Source: an uncultured delta proteobacterium (GTDB lineage: Bacteria > Myxococcota > Myxococcia > Myxococcales > Myxococcaceae). From it: a stretch of DNA of 64,000 nt. Made by a program: the position numbers and the translations under genes. Where the stretch lies: assembly GCA_963713045.1 (NCBI GenBank), contig CAVQKE010000005.1, positions 256,001 through 320,000 on the forward strand, in the 5' to 3' direction. Below, in pieces: positions 42,391 to 58,490 of this stretch (position 1 is the stretch's first letter; each line of letters begins with the position of its first letter). Under the pieces are notes generated by a model that did no database searches, was not told where the DNA came from, and saw nothing but the letters and a program-made list of their open reading frames with translations.

Positions 42391-42877
42391 TTACCCGCGG
42401 CGACAGTGCGGGCAGAGGCCCTCGACCTGGACTCGAACGGTGCGGACCTCGAACCCATGCACATCGTGCGGGGAGGGCCGGAATGCATCTAGCCGGCGAT
42501 CATGGAGATCGAGCACCTTCCGACAGCGGATACAGACCAGGTGGTGGTGAGGGCGGCCGGCGCCGGTTCCGGGAAGCGCCGCCTCGTAGCGTCCATGCTC
42601 GTGGAGGCTGTTCACGTCGCTCACCGCGCCGATGGCGCGCAGCGCTTCGAGGTTCTTGTACACGGTGGCCAGGGACAGGCGAGGGAGCCGCTCCCGCACA
42701 GCCCGGTGGATTCTGCTCGGCGCTGGGATGCTCCCAGGACGTGGCCAGCATGGCGAAGATTGCTCGGCGCTGCTCGGTGACCAGGAGACCATTGGCCCGG
42801 CAATGGGCGATGAAGGCCGCCTCGTCGGCCGTGGCGCGCGTGTGGTCGACAGCACGCACCTTGCGTGCTCGCCTCAT
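42391..42877 (-). CDS. Fur/PerR family regulator, one +1 frameshift near 42711
   Basis: SD AGGAGG. TEQRRAIF..HPSAEQ in one frame, then IHRAV..SLATVYKNL..HHHLVCIRC..GLCPHC in another (GAG CAG A ATC CAC). Confidence 0.88.
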
Positions 42878-43077
42878 GTCACACCTCCTCTGGCGACGAC
42901 GGAAGGCTTCACCAGCTCCTCGCCCGGACCGCCGGCGGCCGGGCAGGCCTGGCCTCGGCCCGGACCTCCCGCAGCATCTTGGCGAAGCGACCGCCGTGAG
43001 ATTTCTGGCGCGGCGGACCAGCGTCCCCCAAGGGACTCCGGTTGTTCCTCCGCGTCACCTGCTCCAGCCTTTGGGAA

Positions 43078-45336
<2,259 letters not shown>

Positions 45337-45544
45337 TCAACGACATCGGCATGGACCCCGAATCCAGAGGAGCTAGCACAACCGCGGCCGCCCCCCGGCG
45401 AAGGTGACAAGCGCTCCCCTTCCGGGCCAGCCCGTCAACGGGTAGAGGTCGTCGAGTTTCGGACCTCTTCGAAGGTGATGGCCGGGGCCCTCTGGCGGTG
45501 AGGCTGATATTCGAAAGTCGACGAACCCGTTCGGGGCAACACGC

Positions 45545-45831
45545 ATGAGGAAATGGACTCTCCTTGCGCTCCTCAGCACCCCAGAGGGTGGCAACCGCAC
45601 TACGTGCGTCATGAACTCATCCATGCTTGGCAGAGCCAGACGCTGGGAAATCTGCCGTTTCGCCGCCTCCCCGAATGGCTCGCTGAAGGAATGGCGTACG
45701 CATGGAGCGATGATCCGCGCGGAGTGTTGGAGCAGCCCTTCGAGTCCTACCGCGAGCGCTTCGTCCAGTGGAATGGCGCTCAGGGGACGCAGCAAATCGC
45801 CGCCCGGCTGAGAGCAGAAGTCGCTCGATAG
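45545..45831 (+). pseudogene. Remnant of a zincin (HExxH) metallopeptidase-like gene
   Basis: PRGWQPHYVRHELIHAWQ...PEWLAEGMA in only ~90 codons. A signal-like start MRKWTLLALLS sits in another frame immediately before it. Confidence 0.55.
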
Positions 45832-45975
45832 ACCGGTTCCGGTCGCCATGCGAGCCCCCCCGCATTTCGGCCCACGCTTCACAGCTGGTGAGCACCCGCT
45901 TGCTGCATTCTTGCCGCCAGGCCTCCGGGCAAGTGGAAGCATCGGGCTGGCACCAATGGGCTGAAAGGCATCGGG

Positions 45976-46866
45976 GTGAACGGCAGCTTTATGAATTCGA
46001 TTCCCAGCGAGGTGATTTGGTCGTATCTCGTCGGTGGAGCCGTTCTTGCAATCTGGCTGGTCGTCACTGTTTTCCGCGACGATTGGTCAAAGGCGCGAGG
46101 CGTCGACAAGCTGATTCTGCTTGGGCCAGTTTTTTACGCGGCGCCACTCGCGGCCTTTGGCACTGAACATTTCACGCGGACGGAGGCCATTGCGTCCATC
46201 GTGCCAGCGTGGATTCCGTGGCATACATTTTGGGCGTACTTCATCGGTGCTTGTTTTATCGCAGCCGGTGTCAGCCTCGCGACGAGGATTCAGACGCGTC
46301 TTTCGGCGAGCTTGCTCGCTTTGACGTTTTTCTTGTTCGCAGTGCTGATGGACGCCCCAGCTTGGGCACAAGACCCGGGCGATCGGATTGCACTTACGCT
46401 CGCGCTACGCGAACTGTCCTTCAGCGGAGGCGCTCTAGCGCTGGCAGCCAGCCTCACCGAGCCGCCGCGCAAGCCTGGCAGGGACATCCTTGCGACGATG
46501 GCGCGGTACTTCGTTGCAATTCCGGTGCTGGTTTTCAGCTTCGAGCAATTCATGCACGGCGACTATGTTCCCGGCGTTCCGCTGAACCTGGTGACGCCGG
46601 AGTACGTTTACGGACACGCAATTTGGACGTACCTGGCGGCCCCGGTTTACGCACTCGCGGGTACCCTCTTGCTTGTTGGCAAGAAAGTCCGCGCAGCGGC
46701 AACGTGGCTTGGCTTGACAGTGCTTTTCTTGGAGTTGTTCGTCTATCTGCCGATCGCAGTCGTGCAACGCGCCAGCCTGGACAACGGTCTCAATTACTTG
46801 GCAGACACCCTGATGTTTTGCGGAGCCGTTTTGCTGCTCGCGGGCGCCATGCCGCGCGAACCATAG
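45976..46866 (+). CDS. DoxX-like tandem membrane protein
   Basis: Two repeats (FGTEHF...IVPAWIPW..FWAY / FSFEQF...VTPEYVYG..IWTY), ~9 TM. Alternative ATG at 45991. Confidence 0.78.
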   Translation: MNGSFMNSIPSEVIWSYLVGGAVLAIWLVVTVFRDDWSKARGVDKLILLGPVFYAAPLAAFGTEHFTRTEAIASIVPAWIPWHTFWAYFIGACFIAAGVSLATRIQTRLSASLLALTFFLFAVLMDAPAWAQDPGDRIALTLALRELSFSGGALALAASLTEPPRKPGRDILATMARYFVAIPVLVFSFEQFMHGDYVPGVPLNLVTPEYVYGHAIWTYLAAPVYALAGTLLLVGKKVRAAATWLGLTVLFLELFVYLPIAVVQRASLDNGLNYLADTLMFCGAVLLLAGAMPREP

Positions 46867-47003
46867 CGTGGAGAAATCGCCACGCCGGTGCTCGCCCGGC
46901 TTCGGAAGTTGGGCCTAAATGCGTAGCACTCGACTGCGCGCCGATAGCCTCAGAGTGACGGAGCCCTTCCCCTCCGAGCGAGTCGAAAATCTCAGTCGCT
47001 CGC

Positions 47004-48659
47004 TCATGGGTTGCACGTTCCATCTGTAATCTGCCCCGAGCAATATTGGATGACTTGATAGGCAGTCGCAAAGGTGTTGTTGGCAGAGAGATAGTCGTTG
47101 AGACTCACGTTGGAAACGTCAAACAACGCAATTCCGTAGTCGTTGTTGGCGGTACCATAATTGATGAAATTACAATTGGCGATGACAGGACCCAAGGGTC
47201 CATTCGCCGTTTGTTGTCCATCGCCCATGGCGATTTCCCCGGTTCCCGTGGGCCCAGAATTATTCACCGCTGCAGCCCACTCGATGGTGGCGTAACTTAA
47301 TGAAGAGCCCGTGCTCTGGTTGGCATTTGTGCACCAGAAATTGAGGCCAGCCCAATCCCCTAGCCCGGGGCTCGCCGCGCCGCTGGTGAAAGTGATGGAA
47401 TTTCCTGCCGACCCAGCGGCGACCAAATAACTGTTCCCATTGGACTGGTTGTTGGAACCAGCCGGTGGCGGGTCGACGTCCAATTCGGTGCCTGAGGCGA
47501 ACTCGACCGTGTTGGGAGCGGCGATGGTGAGGGTGTCATCCGGGCCAGTCGGGCCTGAGGAGATGACCTGCACGGTGGTCTCGATGAAATAAGGCAGCGG
47601 GATGGCGGGCCAGGTCGTGCTTGCTGCGACGAGGCAGAATTGGTTAACAAACGTCTGAATTTCCACCACGGCTGAAGCGCTGGTCGAAGGTGTCGCGGAA
47701 ATGGTCGTTGGAACTGTTCCCCCCTCATTCGCCTCGATGACCAAGGGGAAGTGCTCAGTCAATTCCCAGTTCATGACGCTGATGTAACCCGAGTTCGGGC
47801 CAAACCCCGTGTCCAGCCCGGCGAACACCAGGCCGTGGCCAGCGCTGTTGTGGACCGTGACGTAACTGAGCAGTGGGGCGGGAGTTTGACTGGCGCTCCC
47901 ACTCAAGACATCTCCCCCTTCAACGGTCAGCCCAGCGGCATCGGTGTTTGGTAAGTCGTTGCCCCCTGCGCCCCCCGCGTAGTTGATGGTGACGTACTCC
48001 ATCGACGTGCCGCCGCCCTGGGGCCCAATGAGAACTCCGCCCCAATCACCCGGGGCAGGAGACGAGGACTCGGAAGTGAGGAGGATGCCGGATGCGCTGG
48101 TTCCATTCGCCACCAGCGAGCCGGGTTGCCCGTCCGCTCCGACACGGAGGGCGGCACCGTTGTTTCCGCCTGTACCGGGCGCGAACTCGACGGTCGTCCC
48201 TGGCAGGATGGTGAGCACCGGGCTGCTCGACCCGCCGACGGTGACGGTCGCCGCAGCCGTCCAAATACAACTGTTGTCGAGGGTCATGTTGGAGGTGACC
48301 GTGGAAGGGAGGAGGCAAGGGGCGAGATAACGGAATCCGCTGGGGAGCACCGCGGACTGGCTGTCTGGATTGGTGACGGTCACGTCGACAGCTCCCGCTG
48401 CCCCCGCGGGGGTGACGGCCGAAATGCTTGCCGCACTGTTGATGGTCACTCCCGTCGCTGGCGCTGAACCAAAGTGGACGCTTGCGCCGACTTGGAAATT
48501 GGCTCCGGCAATGGTGACGGCTGTGCCGCCTGCAGTCGAACCCGAGTTCGGCTGAACACTCGAAAGGGAGGGAGGCGGGGCTAGGTTCGGAGTGGAACTG
48601 CATGCGGCGAGAAATGACAGGACTCCGCCCACCACCAGTCGTATTGAAAGACGTCTCAT
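47004..48659 (-). CDS. Lipoprotein with IPT/TIG domain and probable beta-helix region
   Basis: SD GGGGAG, lipobox FLAAC, SVQPNSGSTAGGTAVTIAGANF...VDVTVTNPD (IPT/TIG), and two PG.GDW.G-type repeats. Confidence 0.85.
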   Translation of the reverse strand: MRRLSIRLVVGGVLSFLAACSSTPNLAPPPSLSSVQPNSGSTAGGTAVTIAGANFQVGASVHFGSAPATGVTINSAASISAVTPAGAAGAVDVTVTNPDSQSAVLPSGFRYLAPCLLPSTVTSNMTLDNSCIWTAAATVTVGGSSSPVLTILPGTTVEFAPGTGGNNGAALRVGADGQPGSLVANGTSASGILLTSESSSPAPGDWGGVLIGPQGGGTSMEYVTINYAGGAGGNDLPNTDAAGLTVEGGDVLSGSASQTPAPLLSYVTVHNSAGHGLVFAGLDTGFGPNSGYISVMNWELTEHFPLVIEANEGGTVPTTISATPSTSASAVVEIQTFVNQFCLVAASTTWPAIPLPYFIETTVQVISSGPTGPDDTLTIAAPNTVEFASGTELDVDPPPAGSNNQSNGNSYLVAAGSAGNSITFTSGAASPGLGDWAGLNFWCTNANQSTGSSLSYATIEWAAAVNNSGPTGTGEIAMGDGQQTANGPLGPVIANCNFINYGTANNDYGIALFDVSNVSLNDYLSANNTFATAYQVIQYCSGQITDGTCNP

Positions 48660-48943
48660 TGCCTCTCCCCCTTCAGTGGCTTTGGCCACAAGTTTCGAAC
48701 CAAGTGACGCCGGTTGAGCGTTGCGAAAAACGAAAAAGCTTTGGCCTCGGACGGCCAACCTCGAGGTGGCGGGCCACAGAAGGTGGAGACCGAAGAAGGC
48801 GAGGCAGCCGCGAATGGATTGCCGCTGAAGAGTCCTCTCGAGCGCCGCCGGCAAACGCGCGATGCCTGGCGACTGCAGCGTCGAGGACGCCTCTCCATTT
48901 CGTCGCCTGCGGCTGCCTCATGTTTGAGCGCCCAACGCTCCTT

Positions 48944-48965
48944 TGGGGACGTCCTGGGGACGTCC
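48944..48965. repeat. Tandem 11-bp direct repeat TGGGGACGTCC x2
   Basis: Exact tandem duplication in the divergent intergenic region. Each unit contains the palindrome GGACGTCC. Confidence 0.55.
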
Positions 48966-49290
48966 GTCCTTCCCTGCGTCACTAGACGCTTGGACCAGGC
49001 ACTTTTTCTCACGCTGGGTTTTCGTGAACGCCGGCACCGGTCCTTTGGTGTCCCGAGCACCCCACCTATCGGCGCAGTGACCAACAGCGCGCCGTGGCAG
49101 CCGAGGGGTATGGCTGCTGGACGCGGTCTGCGCCTGGCACTTGCAACAGGGGCGCTGCATGCCAGCCGTGGCGCACGACCCCAACTGCCGACCGCATGGT
49201 TACGGTCGGGTCGGCGCGACCGACGGCGCAGCCCGCTTCCCTGAGGCACGACCGCGAACCGGCGAGTGAGCTGCCTGGCTCTCACCCCCG

Positions 49291-50323
49291 ATGGACCTAA
49301 ATCCCCACCCCTTGGGACGAGCGTCGGGTTTCTGGCTGCTCGCGCTCTCGCTGCCCTTCCTCGCGTGCTCTCGTTCGGCGTCGCTCGCGGCCCCCGACGC
49401 GGGGCCCGAGAGGGCGGTCCGACTCGTCGAGCAGCGTACCGAGCGAGGTGTGGACCCGGTCCCGGCGGTGCTCCAGGCCATTCGCCGTGCAACGCTGTCC
49501 ACGCGCATTCCGGCGCGGGTCACCCATGTGTACGTCGCGGCGGGAGACTCGGTGCAGGCCGGGCAACTGCTCGTCACGCTGGCCGACGACGACCTCCGGG
49601 CTCAGGTGGCCGGCGCTCAGGCGAGCTTCGCCACCGCCGCGGCGCACGAGCGGCGACTGACGCTGCTCACGCAGCAGGGCGCGAGCCCTCGGAGCGAGCT
49701 GGAAACCGCCCAGGCGCAGCGCGCGCAGGCGGAAGCCGCCCTGCGGGCCGCCGAGGAATCCCTGCGCTATACCCAGCTGCGTGCCCCATTCGAGGGTCGA
49801 TTGCAGGCGAAGCGCGTCAACGAGGGGGATTTCGTCGTGGCTGGCACCCCCCTTGTCGAAGTCGAGGGGCGCGAGCTGGAACTCGTGGCCAGCCTTTCGG
49901 CCCAGCAGGTGGCGGGACTGGTGCACGGGCGGTGGGTGGACTTCGAGGTGGGGCAGCTCCGCGGCCACGCGGTGGTGACGGCTGTGGCGCCCGCCGCCGA
50001 CTCGCTTGCACACCGGGTGGAGGTGCGTGCCCGCGTCCTCGGGGCTCCACCAGAGCTCCGGGGCGGGCTCTTCGCCCGCCTGCTGCTGCCTCGACCGGAG
50101 GAAAGCGGTGGGAGCGACGTCTGGGTCCCGTCCACAGCGCTGGTCCAGCGAGGCGACCTGCGCGGCGTCTTCGTGGCGGCCAACGGACGGGCCGAGCTCC
50201 GCTGGGTGCTGGCCGGGGACGTGGTCGATGGAGCCGTTGCAGTCCGGGCGGGACTCCTCCCGAATGAGGCCATCATCGACCAGCCAGGAGACCTCGTCGA
50301 CGGGCAGCGGATTGAGGTGGCGC

Positions 50324-50334
<11 letters not shown>
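49291..50334 (+). CDS. RND efflux periplasmic adaptor (membrane fusion protein)
   Basis: Lipobox PFLAC, GDSVQAGQLLV, helical hairpin, LRAPFEG, GLFAR. Confidence 0.92.
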
Positions 50335-53580
<3,246 letters not shown>

Positions 53581-53584
<4 letters not shown>

Positions 53585-54219
53585 GCATCGAGCGGACGGT
53601 TCGAGCTTTTGGGAGCCGCACCCCCCGGCTGCGTCAACCAGCCTTGGACCGTCCCAGGGCAAGAGGGTGGGGTCTCCTCGCAGCCGGTGCGGTGGTGCTC
53701 GGTGCGTCGGCGCCAGTCCCCGCGTCTCGCCAGCGCGTCGAGCCATTCGCCTCGGAGGCTGACCAGGCCATTGCCATTCTGCGGAGTAGGCTGCTCCAGC
53801 GGCTGACGGAGGCGATGGCCCAGGGCGGCGCTTCGGGCGCCATTGACGTCTGCAGCACCGAAGCGACGCGGCTGGCCACTGAGGCCGGTACCAGGCAAGG
53901 AGTCGAGGTGGGGCGGACCAGCTTCGCCCTCCGCAACCCCGGCAACGCTCCCCGGGCGTGGGCGGCGTCCACCGTCAACGCGGCGGCAGGCAAGAAGGCG
54001 GCGGAGGTTGGCCCGACGGTGTTCGACCTCGGAGACCGCGTGGGCGTGCTTCAACCCATCCCGGTAGGCAGCCTGTGCCTGGCTTGTCACGGCATGCGCG
54101 TCTCGCTGAGCCGCGATGTCAGCGCGGCGCTGGCGATGCGCTACCCCACCGACCGCGCCGTGGACTTCCGAGAGGGAGACCTACGGGGCTTCTTCTGGGC
54201 CGAGGTGAGGAAGCACTGA
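53581..54219 (+). CDS. DUF3365 (Tll0287-like) c-type cytochrome
   Basis: GTGA overlap with the permease. AIDVC, RTS..LRNPGNAP, heme motif CLACHG, YPTDRAVDFREGDLRG. Confidence 0.85.
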
Positions 54220-54246
54220 CCGCGCCGCGCTCGACTACGCGCAGCC

Positions 54247-55005
54247 TCAGTGCTTCGCCAGCTCTACCTCCAGCGCTTCACGAGAAACCTCGCCGGAACC
54301 GCGCCAGCGTTCCTTGCCGTCGACGTACACCACAAAGACCGGAACGCCCTGGATTCTCTCGCTCACCGCGAGGGCTTCGCTCTCCCCGATGTCCACGCGC
54401 AGCACGGTCGCCCTTCCCTTCCAGCTCTCGGCAATGGCGTCGATGACTGGGCTCATTCTGCGGCAGCTGTCACACCACTGCGTCTGGTAGTCCACCAGGA
54501 CGCGTTTATTTGCCCTCAACAGCGCATCGAGCGCCTTGGGGTCCATCGCCTTCTCACCGCCCGCCACCGGCGGCGCGGACTGCTCGATGGGGTAGCCCTC
54601 GCGCGCCCAGGCCCCGATGCCCCCTTGCAAGTCATAGACCTGGGTAAAGCCAAGCTGTGCCATCATCTCCGCGGCTGCACCGCTGCGCTTTCCAGAAGCG
54701 CAGTAGACAAAGATGGGCTTGTTCTTCGGCAGCAAGTCGACCTTTTGCTTGAACTTCGGGTCGTGGAAGTCGATGACGCTCGCATTCGGAAGGTGTCCCC
54801 CCGCCACTTCGCCGGGCGTCCGGACGTCGAGGTAAGTCCCTCCCGTCTGCGCGGCCAGCTTCCGGAACTCCTGGGCACCGAGATGCGAAACATGCGACGG
54901 CCCTTGCATCGACGTCTGAGTGGAGGCGCCAGCAGTAGCCTCCGCTTTGGCACAACCTGCGAGGAAACCCAGCGCGAGGAAACCGAGAAGGCGACAAGAG
55001 GGCAT
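54247..55005 (-). CDS. Rhodanese-thioredoxin fusion lipoprotein
   Basis: SD GGAGG, lipobox FLAGC, DVRTPGE..GHL, YCASGKRS, LQGGIGAW, then WCDSC and GVP (cis-Pro loop). Confidence 0.9.
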   Translation of the reverse strand: MPSCRLLGFLALGFLAGCAKAEATAGASTQTSMQGPSHVSHLGAQEFRKLAAQTGGTYLDVRTPGEVAGGHLPNASVIDFHDPKFKQKVDLLPKNKPIFVYCASGKRSGAAAEMMAQLGFTQVYDLQGGIGAWAREGYPIEQSAPPVAGGEKAMDPKALDALLRANKRVLVDYQTQWCDSCRRMSPVIDAIAESWKGRATVLRVDIGESEALAVSERIQGVPVFVVYVDGKERWRGSGEVSREALEVELAKH

Positions 55006-55104
55006 GGGGACCTCCTCCAATTTCCAAGGCGAGCTGCACCGAAGAGAACGGGGCATGGTAGCCCCAGCCTGCTGGGGTGAACATCCCTACGAGCCCCCGC
55101 CGCC

Positions 55105-55603
55105 TTAGAAGGGTTTGGAAAGCTGACGGAATAACGTTTCGACCAGGGCCGCGTCACCGTTCTTCATGTCAATGGTGCCTCGACCGTAGAACCAGCCCTC
55201 CTTCTCCGTCAGCAGAAACGGCGCTACGGACCAGTCCTCCGGCTTGGCCTCGACAACATCGAGATGTCCGAGAAAGAGGATCGGCCTCCCCTGGCCCTTA
55301 CCGCGGGAGTGGACGACGAGGTTTCGCTTGGTAGGGCAGTCAGCCGGGGCGATGGTCACCGAGTCCTTGGCAGCAAACCCGGCGGCCAAAAGCCGGCGTT
55401 CAATTGCTTTTGCAGCTTCGGTGGAGCCTTTCTCGTGGGTGGTGTTGATCTCAATCAGTTCCCTAAAGATTTCGCGGGCGAGTTGTTGGTCCGCAGACGG
55501 TGGAAGTGGTCGCGGCGCTGCAGCCGAGGAGTTGGAGGCCAGGCACAAACAGCAGAACGGAGGCTCCGGAAATGACGAAGCGGCTCACGAAATCCTGACA
55601 CAC
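55105..55603 (-). pseudogene. Truncated M20/M25/M40 metallopeptidase
   Basis: ELIEINT, GHLDVV, DW..PF, FYGRGTIDMK, then a stop after ~150 codons. The leader (GTG 55603) is in a different frame. Confidence 0.8.
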
Positions 55604-55923
55604 GTTGCCCCCCTCGAAAATCAGTTGCCTGCAGCGGCCAGACAGTAGCCAACGTTGAGCCAGCGCGCGCCCTCGCGGGCCGCGTACACCCCAGTGATTG
55701 AGTCCGCTCGCGCCGCCTACCACTCCAAAATCGTTGCGCATTGCTTCGGTCTTCTTCCCAGGCCGCGGTGTCGGGCTCTCGCTCTCCGGTATTTCTCCAC
55801 GCGCCGCGGCCGCGGCGGTTCTGCTGCTCGCGCGTCCAAGGGGCATACTCCGAGCCGACTCACTTCCAGGCTCGCCGGGGCGCAGCGCGTGCTCGGGCCC
55901 GACTGCGCGTCCTGAGCGGCCGG

Positions 55924-56409
55924 TCACTCGCGGATGACCCGCATTCCCTTCCAGCCAACGACACGGCGGACGAGCGAAAGCATCTGCTCCTCCCTGCCCG
56001 CCGGCACGGTGTACCTCGCATAGAAGCCCCACCCGCGTCGTTCGTCGACCCAGGCATACGCGACGTCGAGCCGGTCGGCCGCGAGACGGATCTGCAGCTC
56101 CTCGCAGGCGAACCGCAACTGACCGTCGGAGCACGTCCCGAGCATCGCGGCGGGAAGGGGCACGCCGCGGGTCGGGTACCGCTCGAGGGCCTTCCGGAGG
56201 AAGTCCACGTCAATCGGCCGACCAGTCGACACGTGGAGAACGACCACGACCGCTGTCGGGTCCTCGGGGTCGTGCGCCGCGACGTTCGCGGAGGGGACCT
56301 CGATCAGGACCCATCCCGGCGGCACCACCCAGACCACTTCCTGCCGAAAGTCCTGGCCTCCGTCGGCAACCGATAGAGCCGCGAGCACCAGTAGGCAGGC
56401 TCCATTCAC
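55924..56409 (-). CDS. Hypothetical exported protein (161 aa)
   Basis: Hydrophobic leader and PPGW motif, GC3-rich codons. No family recognised. Confidence 0.55.
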   Translation of the reverse strand: MNGACLLVLAALSVADGGQDFRQEVVWVVPPGWVLIEVPSANVAAHDPEDPTAVVVVLHVSTGRPIDVDFLRKALERYPTRGVPLPAAMLGTCSDGQLRFACEELQIRLAADRLDVAYAWVDERRGWGFYARYTVPAGREEQMLSLVRRVVGWKGMRVIRE

Positions 56410-56785
56410 CTTAAGCAGTTTCGCGACGATTCAGCGCGCGTGCAACCCGGGAGCCCACCGTTCGGTGGTACACCGCAGTCGGAAGTGGCACCTGTGATGG
56501 AGTGCGGTTCAGAGGCGCGGTCTCAATCTTCTTGGCTTCGAGGAGGTTGGGGCCCTGGTCCTTCCGGTAAAATCTGCTGGTCAGTTCCAGGTCCGGTAAC
56601 AGCCGCCCACGGATTAGATGGTCTGGGGGCATAGTTGTGGGTCTGCGGCGCGGGTTGGTCTGGACACCCAAACCGTAGCCGGGGTCACCCTGGGGTAGGC
56701 GCCTGGCGATTTCCCGGCGCACCCGTGTGACTTGGCTCAAGGACGCTGGCCTGCGTCGGCCTCGCAAATCCGGGGCGTGAGCTGT

Positions 56786-56827
56786 GCTGCGCTAATTGCG
56801 CAGCTGAGTCGTTGCGCAGATTGAGCA
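56786..56827. promoter_or_regulatory. Tandem palindromic enhancer (UAS) sites
   Basis: TGCGCTAATTGCGCA (56788-56802) and TGCGCAGATTGAGCA (56813-56827), 25-bp period, upstream of a sigma54 promoter. Confidence 0.6.
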
Positions 56828-56878
56828 GCGCCGGCGGACCTGGCCGGGGAACGAGCCGAATTAACGGGCCACCTCGCC

Positions 56879-56894
56879 TGGCACTGGCATTGCT
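56879..56894 (+). promoter_or_regulatory. Sigma54 (RpoN) -24/-12 promoter
   Basis: TGGCAC-TGGCA-TTGCT, an exact match to TGGCAC-N5-TTGCW, ~125 nt upstream of ATG 57020. Confidence 0.75.
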
Positions 56895-57019
56895 CGCCCC
56901 TCATCACTCACAACGCGAGAAGCCGAAACCGGGGGCGGGGGACGGTTAGGCCGCACGAGGGGCGCGGTGACCGCCCGCCTTATCTCGGCGCTCGCAAGAC
57001 AGGCAAGGGAGAAGGGCAC

Positions 57020-58480
57020 ATGCATTCGACAGAATCATCAGCAGTGTACGGGCGTAAGACAGCGCTGAGCGGCTTCAATCCCAGCTGGCTTCTCGAGATG
57101 GCATTGGTCGCCGCACTCGCCATTTCGGTGCCCGCTTCGGCCGACACCGACAGCCACAGACTCTGGGGGACGGCAAACCATATGGTGACAGCACCGGCGG
57201 CATTTCTCTTAACAGCGACTCCAAGTCCAACCGAGCTACCCGCTTCAGTACTCAAGCTGGCCCGACCGATGACTAACTTGCCAGCCTCGACTGCCGCGAG
57301 CACAGGCCACAAGGCATACGGGGGCAAGCACGGTGGCGGCGGTAGCGGCGACAGCGCCGCAGGCGTGCCGGGAATTACCAGCATTCAGAACTGGACCGGG
57401 CAATTCACGGAGCCCGGCTATGACAACTATGGCAACCCGCAAAGCGTCTGGCCCTACGCGATAGTGGGTCAGCCGCCCGAGAAGGGAGGGACCACGACCA
57501 TCCATGCCCCGCTCATCCCCGTCATCGTCGACTTGCTGGACGCGAACGGCAACGTGGCCACGAGCAGTCAGGGTGTCCCTCTCACCTTCGACCCGACCCA
57601 AGTCGTCAAGCCGGTGCTGGATTCACCTGTGTTTCAACCCTGGCCCTACTATTCCGGCTTCACCCAGTTTGTGGACGGCCTTCAGCGCGCTGAATTTTGG
57701 GACCGTCTCCGGGACGACGACAAGGGACAGGATTGCGAGGATGGTTGGCATACGCTGTTTGAGCCGCACCGCAAGCCCACGCAACGGATGCAGATTCCGT
57801 ATGGCTCTTGGTACGTGGTGCTGAACGCCGATGGGAGTTGCTGCACCGCCGCGCTGGTGGATGTTGAGGCCTTCCTCGTCCAGCTCTACCCGTCCACCGT
57901 CCCGCAAACCCTCGGTACAGTTATCGGGTATGCAGAGCTAACCGGAGCGATGACGACCAAGGACATGACGACGTTTCTCTTCAACGACGTCTATCTGTAC
58001 GGTGGAAACGTCTCAAATTGCTGCTACCTTGGTTTCCATGACGTCGACCTCGAGGCGGACGCGCAGGGCAACTTTACCCTTTGGTACGTGTTCTCCTATG
58101 CCAGCTGGATTGGCAACACCTTCTTCACGGGTGGCTTCCAGGACATCACCGCCCTGAATCACGAGCTCTCCGAGGCGACGAACGACCCCTTTGTCCAGAT
58201 CATCCCCTACAACTGGACTCCCTGGTACCTGTCGCCCTCGGGGCTTTGCCAGAACAACCTCGAATCCGGTGACGCCATCGAGGGCCTCAACACAACACCG
58301 ACGTTTGCCCTCCAGATGAACGGCCGAACGTACCACCCGCAAAACATGGCCATGTTTCCGTGGTTCGCGTTCGAGTCGCCGTCTCCGGCCTTGAAGCACA
58401 CCTATAGCTTCCCGGACGAGACGACGCTCACCACGCTCTCGCCCCCGAACTTGCTGCCCAACTGCGTCCCCGGGCCCTAG
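57020..58480 (+). CDS. Secreted protein with GFH and HELSE..NDP motifs (putative metalloprotein, Phi-1/EXORDIUM-like)
   Basis: Signal ending ASA-DT, low-complexity pro-region, CC pairs, CCYLGFH, NHELSEATNDP, CQNNLESGD, YHPQN. Confidence 0.8.
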   Translation: MHSTESSAVYGRKTALSGFNPSWLLEMALVAALAISVPASADTDSHRLWGTANHMVTAPAAFLLTATPSPTELPASVLKLARPMTNLPASTAASTGHKAYGGKHGGGGSGDSAAGVPGITSIQNWTGQFTEPGYDNYGNPQSVWPYAIVGQPPEKGGTTTIHAPLIPVIVDLLDANGNVATSSQGVPLTFDPTQVVKPVLDSPVFQPWPYYSGFTQFVDGLQRAEFWDRLRDDDKGQDCEDGWHTLFEPHRKPTQRMQIPYGSWYVVLNADGSCCTAALVDVEAFLVQLYPSTVPQTLGTVIGYAELTGAMTTKDMTTFLFNDVYLYGGNVSNCCYLGFHDVDLEADAQGNFTLWYVFSYASWIGNTFFTGGFQDITALNHELSEATNDPFVQIIPYNWTPWYLSPSGLCQNNLESGDAIEGLNTTPTFALQMNGRTYHPQNMAMFPWFAFESPSPALKHTYSFPDETTLTTLSPPNLLPNCVPGP

Positions 58481-58490
58481 AGTAGACGTC

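Noticed and set aside
56411..56767. 118-aa minus-strand ORF
   Set aside because: No RBS or motif, and low-information composition.
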